This document shows positions 46,383 through 52,063 of a DNA stretch of 52,063 nucleotides, one piece after another. The position numbers and the translations under genes are program-made. Below the pieces are notes generated by a model that saw only the letters and a list, made by a program, of their open reading frames with translations, was not told the DNA's origin and did not search any database. Position 1 is the first letter of the stretch. Each line of letters begins with the position of its first letter. This DNA is from an uncultured Dehalococcoidia bacterium (GTDB lineage Bacteria > Chloroflexota > Dehalococcoidia > SZUA-161 > SpSt-899), in assembly GCA_964548045.1 (NCBI GenBank), contig CAZJQZ010000002.1:1-52063 (forward strand), given 5' to 3'.

Positions 46383-47318
46383 ATGGCAAAACATATCAGC
46401 ATTCAAGAATACCCGGTATTTGAAAAAGGCATTTTTAAAGAACACCAGGTTCTTTTCGATCCCTATTCCCGTAACATCCCCGAACACCAGAAAAAGAAAT
46501 ATCAGAAAGCACGCAGCACCCTGCCAAAATACGAAGGAACTTACCAGTGGCAGCTAATCGACGGCCCCGGTTTTTGCGGGACTACTCATCCCGGAACAGG
46601 TAAGACATTCCACGGAGTCATGACCGGCGCAGCCCACCCGATTTACAACAGCGACTGCCTGTACGTCAATCCTTTTCAAAGTGTGTTCGCCATATCCGAT
46701 CCTCCGGGTATTACGACCTTCTCCCGAGGGCTCATCACAGAACTCGATAGACTTCTGCAAAAAAATTCGGTTGAAAATCTTGAAGCAATAGTCAACGAGG
46801 TCAACAGAAACGCAGGTGCCGGTTTAAGAGACCGGGCCACACTGGCACTTATACATTTCACGCCTGAAAACCCTCACAAAGCCCTGGCCCTGTTGTCTGG
46901 AGATTCATATTTTTTCCATGTCAACGCCATTCGCCAAACAATATCCAGACTGGAAGCGGTGCCAAATCGATGGGGAACCCCCAATGCCTATTTCTCACTA
47001 CAACAGATCGATATCTCAGAAGATGATTTCTTCATCCTCGCCAGTGACGGAATTACTGCTGTTCGCCCTGCCAATCAGGATATCAAGCTCGATGAAGTCA
47101 TTTTGAATCTGGCTATCAGCGATCCGGACAATTTCGCTTTTAATGTTGCCGCCACATGCAACCAGATCATCGAAGAAGAGAATGCCGGACAGGTGCGAAC
47201 CACCTTTGGTGGAGGTGATGACGTTTCAATCATCCTGATTCATCCCGCAAAACTGCAAACTCCCGATTCATCAAAGAGTTACATCCTCGGCGGGTACATA
47301 GATGGGAAAATTCCATGA
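46383..47318 (+). CDS. Hypothetical protein with faint PP2C/SpoIIE-like motifs
   Basis: 311 aa with AISDPPG, ILASDGITAV and GGGDDVSIILIH, which resemble PPM phosphatase metal-binding segments. The stop overlaps the cbiA start (ATGA). Confidence 0.4.
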   Translation: MAKHISIQEYPVFEKGIFKEHQVLFDPYSRNIPEHQKKKYQKARSTLPKYEGTYQWQLIDGPGFCGTTHPGTGKTFHGVMTGAAHPIYNSDCLYVNPFQSVFAISDPPGITTFSRGLITELDRLLQKNSVENLEAIVNEVNRNAGAGLRDRATLALIHFTPENPHKALALLSGDSYFFHVNAIRQTISRLEAVPNRWGTPNAYFSLQQIDISEDDFFILASDGITAVRPANQDIKLDEVILNLAISDPDNFAFNVAATCNQIIEEENAGQVRTTFGGGDDVSIILIHPAKLQTPDSSKSYILGGYIDGKIP

Positions 47319-48685
47319 GCCAATTGAATATGCCCCGAATTGTCATTGCCGGGACGCAGAGTGGAGTCGGGAAGACCACCATCGCCACCGGCATTATGGC
47401 AGCACTTAAGAGCAAAGGACTCAACGTCCAGCCCTTCAAAGTCGGGCCCGATTACATCGATCCCACCTATCACACACTGGCTACCGGACTGCCTTCACGA
47501 AACCTTGATAGCTGGATGCTCTCTCACCAGGCGATTCCTGAATTATTCTGCCGCGCAGCCCGGAAGGCTGATATCTCAGTTATCGAGGGTGTGATGGGGC
47601 TTTACGACGGGCACAGCGGACTCGAAGATTCGGGAAGCACAGCAGAAATTGCCAAGCTTCTAAACGCTCCCACTATACTAATTATCGACGCTGGAAAGAT
47701 GGCTCGCAGCGCCGCCGCCATCGCGCTTGGTTATGTCAAGTTTGATCCAGGCCTCAATCTTGCCGGATTCATCGTCAATAACATCGGCAGCGAACGACAT
47801 TACTTATGGGTGAAGGATGCCATCGAACAGACAACCTCACTGCCCGTCCTGGGTTACCTGCCCAAAAACGCCGATTTTGAAATGCCTGAGCGTCACCTGG
47901 GATTGATCCCAACCGTCGAAACGGTAGGGACACGTTGCAACGTGCCCCTACAACGGCAGATTGAACAAACCGTCAACATAGATCAGATATTGGAAATCGC
48001 ACGCTCTGTCCATCCCGTAGTGGCTCAAAATATTGAGCCACTCCTTTTCCCTGCCGAAAACATATCCCCATCGGTCAACATTGCCTATGCCTGGGACGAG
48101 GCTTTCAGTTTTTACTATCAGGACAATCTAGACCTGCTGGAAGCCTACGGTGCCCAACTCTCACCTTTCAGCCCTCTCAATGATGCTGCCCTGCCTCCGA
48201 ATACCCAAGGAATTTATATCGGCGGAGGATTCCCAGAGGTCTACGCCGAACGTTTGAGCCAAAATCAGAAGATTATGGAATCAATCCGGCAAGCAGCCGC
48301 TCGAGGCATTCCTGTTTACGGGGAGTGTGGAGGATTGATGTACCTCGCCGAAGGACTCACCGATTTCGAAGATAATCGATATCAAATGACAGGATTGGTT
48401 CCATGCTGGTCAACCATGTCTAAAAAGCTCGCTCGCATGGGTTACGTGGAGCTAGAATTCAATCAAGACACCATCTTGGGATCGAAGGGATTGCGGATAC
48501 GCGGTCACGAATTCCACTGGTCCGAAATAAAAAGCGAATTGAACTCACCAGCATATCAGGTGCTTCATCCAGAAACCCGAACCGAGGGATATTCAAATGG
48601 AAACGTCCTGGCATCTTATATTCATTTGCATTTCGGGACCGATTCGAACCTCGCCCGGAATTTCGTTAAGGCTTGCCAAAGATAG
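47315..48685 (+). CDS. cbiA: Cobyrinate a,c-diamide synthase
   Basis: 456 aa with the N-terminal IAGTQSGVGKTT...FKVGPDYIDP and the C-terminal amidotransferase motif GECGGLMYL. Confidence 0.9.
   Translation: MSQLNMPRIVIAGTQSGVGKTTIATGIMAALKSKGLNVQPFKVGPDYIDPTYHTLATGLPSRNLDSWMLSHQAIPELFCRAARKADISVIEGVMGLYDGHSGLEDSGSTAEIAKLLNAPTILIIDAGKMARSAAAIALGYVKFDPGLNLAGFIVNNIGSERHYLWVKDAIEQTTSLPVLGYLPKNADFEMPERHLGLIPTVETVGTRCNVPLQRQIEQTVNIDQILEIARSVHPVVAQNIEPLLFPAENISPSVNIAYAWDEAFSFYYQDNLDLLEAYGAQLSPFSPLNDAALPPNTQGIYIGGGFPEVYAERLSQNQKIMESIRQAAARGIPVYGECGGLMYLAEGLTDFEDNRYQMTGLVPCWSTMSKKLARMGYVELEFNQDTILGSKGLRIRGHEFHWSEIKSELNSPAYQVLHPETRTEGYSNGNVLASYIHLHFGTDSNLARNFVKACQR
47924..47951. repeat. 28-bp near-perfect palindrome GTAGGGACACGTTGCAACGTGCCCCTAC inside cbiA
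   Basis: 13 of 14 arm positions pair. It starts on a codon boundary and encodes VGTRCNVPL. Confidence 0.8.
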
Positions 48686-48753
48686 CATTCAGTCCCAAGA
48701 TTTTGACAAGCTCTTGTCCAACTGATTATACTAAAGCAAAACTGAATATTACG

Positions 48754-48923
48754 CTGTCGGTTTCCGCTCTTTTGCGGATGAAAAGGGAAACCCGTCAAAA
48801 GCGGGTGCGGTCCCGCCGCTGTAACCGGAGACGAAACCTGAAAGATTGCCACTGTTCCGTTCTAACGGAATGGGAAGGAATCGGGGAGTAGGAAGACCCG
48901 GAAGCCAGAAGACCTGCCGGCAG
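48754..48923 (+). promoter_or_regulatory. Cobalamin riboswitch, full-length (class-I/AdoCbl-type architecture)
   Basis: P1 is CTGTCGG/CCGGCAG. It has AAAAGGGAAACCCG, GGTGCGGTCCCGCCGCTGTAA, GCCACTG and the canonical B12 box AAGCCAGAAGACCTGCC. Confidence 0.88.
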
Positions 48924-48968
48924 ATGCTCAAAAAGCCTTCGAGGCAAAGGTTAAAATGGGAGATGGTA

Positions 48969-49004
48969 AATCCCTGAACCATGAGATGGTTTGGGGATTT
49001 TTTT
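48969..49004 (+). terminator. Intrinsic terminator of the riboswitch expression platform
   Basis: AATCCC..AACCAT-GAG-ATGGTT..GGGGATT followed by a T-run, 30 nt before the cobT ATG. Confidence 0.65.
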
Positions 49005-49035
49005 ATTTGTCTAAAATAGAAAACAGGAGCGGAAA

Positions 49036-50106
49036 ATGGGAAGATCACTAGAGGAAACAATCTCGGCAATCAAACCCATGGATGAGACATCCATGCATGC
49101 TGCCCAAGCACGACAGGATGAACTCACGAAGCCAATTGGTTCACTGGGAAGGATGGAGGAAATATCCATCCAGATCGCCGGCATCACGGGAAATCCTCGG
49201 CCTAAAATCAAAGATAAAGCGATTATCGTCATGGCCGCCGATCATGGAGTGGTAGCATCAGGAGTAAGTCTCTATCCGCAGGAAGTCACCGCTCAGATGA
49301 TGCACGGCTTTCTGGCCGGTACCGCAGGGATCAACGTGCTTTCCCGGCACATCGACGCACGCGTGGTTGCGGTGGACATGGGAGTTATCGGCGGATTCGA
49401 GCCCCAGCCAAACCTGATTTGCAAAATGATCGATTTCGGCACCAAAGACATGACTCAAGGTCCGGCTATGACCCGGCAGCAAGCCATCGACGCTATCGAA
49501 TCCGGTATTGACGTTGTTGAAGCAGAGATCGCCAAAGGACTTGATATCGTGGGTACCGGCGATATGGGAATCGGCAATACTACCCCTTCAACAGCTATAT
49601 GCGCAGCTATTACCGGCAAACCGGTGGCACAAGTCACCGGGCGAGGCGCTGGCCTCGGAGACGAGCAACTTGCCGATAAAGTGGAAATGATCGAAAAGGC
49701 ATTGGAAATCAATAAACCCGACCCGAAAGACGCAATTGACGTGCTGGCCAAGGTGGGAGGATTTGAAATCGGCGGACTGGCCGGAGTGATTCTTGGAGCA
49801 GCGGCTAACCGCATTCCGGTCGTCATCGACGGGTTCATTTCCGGCGCAGCAGCATTAATCGCGGCTACGCTTTGCCCGCAATCTACTGCATACATGATCG
49901 CCGGGCACCAGTCAGTTGAGATCGGACATCGGGCCATGTATGAGCATATGAAACTCGAACCAGTACTCAACCTGAACATGCGTCTGGGGGAAGGCACCGG
50001 CGGAGCACTGGCCATGAGCATTGCCGAGGCTTCCTGCAAGATACTGGATGAAATGTTCACCTTCGCTGAAGCTGAAGTGTCCGGAGCAGATAAGGAAGTT
50101 CAGTAA
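49036..50106 (+). CDS. cobT: Nicotinate-nucleotide--dimethylbenzimidazole phosphoribosyltransferase
   Basis: 356 aa with KPIGSLGRMEE and GDMGIGNTT motifs. Confidence 0.92.
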   Translation: MGRSLEETISAIKPMDETSMHAAQARQDELTKPIGSLGRMEEISIQIAGITGNPRPKIKDKAIIVMAADHGVVASGVSLYPQEVTAQMMHGFLAGTAGINVLSRHIDARVVAVDMGVIGGFEPQPNLICKMIDFGTKDMTQGPAMTRQQAIDAIESGIDVVEAEIAKGLDIVGTGDMGIGNTTPSTAICAAITGKPVAQVTGRGAGLGDEQLADKVEMIEKALEINKPDPKDAIDVLAKVGGFEIGGLAGVILGAAANRIPVVIDGFISGAAALIAATLCPQSTAYMIAGHQSVEIGHRAMYEHMKLEPVLNLNMRLGEGTGGALAMSIAEASCKILDEMFTFAEAEVSGADKEVQ

Positions 50107-50871
50107 ATGGGTTTCTGGACAGCATGGCAGTTTCTAACCATCTTCCCCGGACCATCAATCAAAGATGGAGAGGGACAAGGGCTTGGGTCCTCGCTACCGT
50201 ACTTCTCCATCATAGGACTTATTCTGGGAGGGATATTATTAGGACTGGACCAGTTATTCGATCTGTTCCTCCCGCCATTCCTTAACAGCGCGCTTCTTCT
50301 GGTTACACTGGTCATCCTAACCGGAGCGCTTCACCTCGATGGATTCATGGACACCTGCGATGGATTCGCAGTTAAAAGTTCGGCGGAAGCTCGCCTAAAA
50401 GTAATGTCCGACAGCCGAGTGGGTGGATTCGGCGTTGCCGGGGCATGTTGCCTAATCCTTTTGAAATTCGCCGCCATCATATCGCTCCCCGGGGAACTTC
50501 GCACAGTTGGACTCCTGCTAATGCCGGTACTGGCCCGATGGAGCGTAGCTTACACCATCCTGGCATTCCCTTCGGCAAGAAAAGGTGGACTCGGTGATCT
50601 ATTCAAAGAGAAGACCAGTTGGATCATGCTGCCAGTGACCACAATCATAGCATTGATTATTGCTATCGCTTTTCTGACATGGATTGGTCCAATACTTATG
50701 ATAGGAATCTGGTTCATCGCATTTATGATCGCCAAAGGGCTTAGTTTTAGACTCGGCGGTCTCACCGGGGATACCTACGGGGCAATCATCGAACTTGCGG
50801 AAGTAGCCATTCTGATAGGGATTGTTATAATAGGAGAAGCGGGAGGAACCAGTTGGCTAGACTTATCCTAG
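50107..50871 (+). CDS. cobS: Adenosylcobinamide-GDP ribazoletransferase (cobalamin synthase)
   Basis: 254-aa polytopic protein with HLDGFMDTCDG and GGLTGDTYGA motifs. Confidence 0.9.
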   Translation: MGFWTAWQFLTIFPGPSIKDGEGQGLGSSLPYFSIIGLILGGILLGLDQLFDLFLPPFLNSALLLVTLVILTGALHLDGFMDTCDGFAVKSSAEARLKVMSDSRVGGFGVAGACCLILLKFAAIISLPGELRTVGLLLMPVLARWSVAYTILAFPSARKGGLGDLFKEKTSWIMLPVTTIIALIIAIAFLTWIGPILMIGIWFIAFMIAKGLSFRLGGLTGDTYGAIIELAEVAILIGIVIIGEAGGTSWLDLS

Positions 50872-51476
50872 TGAGACACGGGCAGACAGAGTGGAACCGC
50901 CTGAGACGTTATCAGGGCCAGACCGATATCGAACTGAATGAAACGGGTATCGAGCAAGCCCAAAAAGCCGCCGAACGACTTTCTAATGAGAAGATTGATT
51001 CCGTTTACTGTAGCGATCTCAAACGCGCCCGGCAAACCGCCGAGACCATTGTCTCAAAACACAACAATGTAGGGGCGATTCATGAATCGCCCCTACTGAG
51101 AGAAATGAATTTCGGCGATTATGAAGGACTGACTTTTGAAGAGATGGACCCCAAGTTCCAGCTCATTTTCAGTGCCGACCCCGCATGGAGAAGCATCGGA
51201 CCCAATGTCCGCGCCCCCAATGGAGAAAGCATATCTGACATGGCTTCACGATTAAAACAATTCACTCAACAAATATTGGGAAAACACACCGATAATGAAA
51301 CGATTCTCATAGTTGCCCACGGAGGACCGCTACAAACGCTTATCTGTCAACTTATGGGTATCGGGTTGGAGCACTGGTGGCAAATCCGTATTAGCGGAGC
51401 TTCGGTTTCCATTATGGAAACATATCCTCAGGGAACCTCGATCGTCCTGCTCAATGGTACAAGTCACTTGGGCTAA
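50853..51476 (+). CDS. cobC: Histidine-phosphatase family protein, probable alpha-ribazole phosphatase
   Basis: 207 aa with RHGQTEWN and a downstream AHGG motif. It has a TTG start after GGGAGGA. The specific function is inferred from its position after cobS. Confidence 0.75.
   Translation: MARLILVRHGQTEWNRLRRYQGQTDIELNETGIEQAQKAAERLSNEKIDSVYCSDLKRARQTAETIVSKHNNVGAIHESPLLREMNFGDYEGLTFEEMDPKFQLIFSADPAWRSIGPNVRAPNGESISDMASRLKQFTQQILGKHTDNETILIVAHGGPLQTLICQLMGIGLEHWWQIRISGASVSIMETYPQGTSIVLLNGTSHLG
51069..51096. repeat. 28-bp perfect palindrome GTAGGGGCGATTCATGAATCGCCCCTAC inside cobC
   Basis: 14 of 14 arm positions pair. It starts on a codon boundary and encodes VGAIHESPL. Its termini are the same as those of the cbiA copy. 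Confidence 0.85.
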
Positions 51477-51484
51477 TCAAGCGT

Positions 51485-51706
51485 TCACTTGAGCCCGGCT
51501 TCAAGCTTAAGTCGCTCCAGACAATCAGCACACTCGATCTTGTTCAATCCGTTCCTGAAATGCATCGGACACGGGCTGAACAACTCTTCAGCCGCTTTCC
51601 GCAATTCTTCCCTGGCTAGACAAATTTCCAAATGGCCGTGACTTGTGGTGCCAACCAATGATTCAATTTCATCTTGATTTATCAAAAAGACTTGCATATC
51701 CCACAT
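51485..51706 (-). CDS. Hypothetical small protein
   Basis: 73-aa ORF convergent with cobC. It has no recognised motif apart from a CxxC (CADC). Confidence 0.3.
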   Translation of the reverse strand: MWDMQVFLINQDEIESLVGTTSHGHLEICLAREELRKAAEELFSPCPMHFRNGLNKIECADCLERLKLEAGLK

Positions 51707-51747
51707 GTTGCACTATAATATCACATGTCCATTATATCGAGTAAAAA

Positions 51748-52063
51748 ATGAAAATACGTGTCAAGCTGCTAATCCTTTTTATCATCGTTGGAATTGGGGC
51801 AGCAGTGGCCATAAACATGGGATGGCTTGAGTGGCATGATGTTCCTGGTGATGTACGGGATCAAATTGAGGCACTTAGCACTTTGGATTATGAAGTTGAC
51901 AGCATCAAGGATACAGGAAAAACGTATAAAATCAAATTAGAAATGAGGAAAATACCCACTCTCAGTACTGATGAAATCGAAAATTGGACCACTTCGGTTT
52001 GTATAGATGTGAACAGAATTTTACTTAGGGAGGACATAAAGCGAAATATTGAAGTAGAAGCAC
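51748..52063 (+). CDS. Hypothetical membrane-anchored protein (3'-truncated by the window end)
   Basis: An open frame runs from the ATG at 51748 to the window edge. The N-terminal hydrophobic helix is LLILFIIVGIGAAVAI. It is not in the ORF track because no stop is reached. Confidence 0.45.
   Translation, partial: MKIRVKLLILFIIVGIGAAVAINMGWLEWHDVPGDVRDQIEALSTLDYEVDSIKDTGKTYKIKLEMRKIPTLSTDEIENWTTSVCIDVNRILLREDIKRNIEVEA

Noticed and set aside
47920-47955. AACG direct repeats flanking the cbiA palindrome as a target-site duplication of an inserted element.
   Set aside because: 28 nt plus a 4-nt duplication is 32 nt, which is not a multiple of three, so a simple insertion would break the frame. 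The cobC copy has no flanking direct repeat, so the AACG match is probably chance.
1-52063. CRISPR arrays, insertion sequences, integrases, prophage genes or defence systems.
   Set aside because: No direct-repeat/spacer pattern, transposase, recombinase or defence-type ORF was recognised anywhere in the window. The gene content is metabolic and housekeeping throughout.

Overview
This is a compact bacterial chromosomal window that is almost entirely coding. I saw no rRNA, tRNA, CRISPR array or recognisable mobile element. All family calls come from motif recognition by eye, since no searches could be run. Left part (1-9.6 kb): mixed housekeeping genes on both strands, including selA (selenocysteine synthase), pcm, a CxxxY-variant ccmE, thiL, tsaE/tsaB and a few small unknown ORFs. 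Centre (9.7-38.7 kb): an unbroken ~29-kb run of minus-strand genes, several joined by ATGA start/stop overlaps. In this run are an Lrp regulator, an ADP-forming acyl-CoA synthetase alpha-type protein, and a SAM-cycle/MTA-salvage block (ahcY, GNAT, PHP phosphoesterase, PfkB kinase, core-MetE-like protein, mtnP, mtnA, then two unassigned enzymes). Upstream of that block (higher coordinates) lies the conserved rpsB-tsf-pyrH-frr-(acyl-CoA DH)-uppS-cdsA-dxr-rseP-ispG block. Upstream of that sits a six-gene cluster: tungsten-AOR, ferredoxin, HdrD-like, FdhD, double HdrA-like and MvhD-like, laid out like bamBCDEF of class II benzoyl-CoA reductase. Two genes of this cluster carry an in-frame TGA exactly at a conserved Cys position. 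They are therefore best read as selenoproteins, which the ORF track splits (HdrA-like) or truncates (MvhD-like). Right part (39-51.5 kb, plus strand): a SorC-type regulator, then a corrinoid uptake/salvage/lower-ligand locus (btuFCD-like, cbiB, cobD, cobO, cbiA, cobT, cobS, cobC). Two cobalamin riboswitches of different architecture control this locus. It also contains two embedded genes of unknown role (a LEA_2-like lipoprotein and a PP2C-like protein), a dense heptamer repeat cluster, and two related 28-bp palindromes lying in the same codon phase inside cbiA and cobC. The taxon cannot be fixed from the sequence. The gene content (Sec use, W-enzyme/Hdr module, corrinoid salvage, core MetE, short EF-Ts) suggests a strict anaerobe, for example a Dehalococcoidia-like or deltaproteobacterium-like lineage, but this is inference only.
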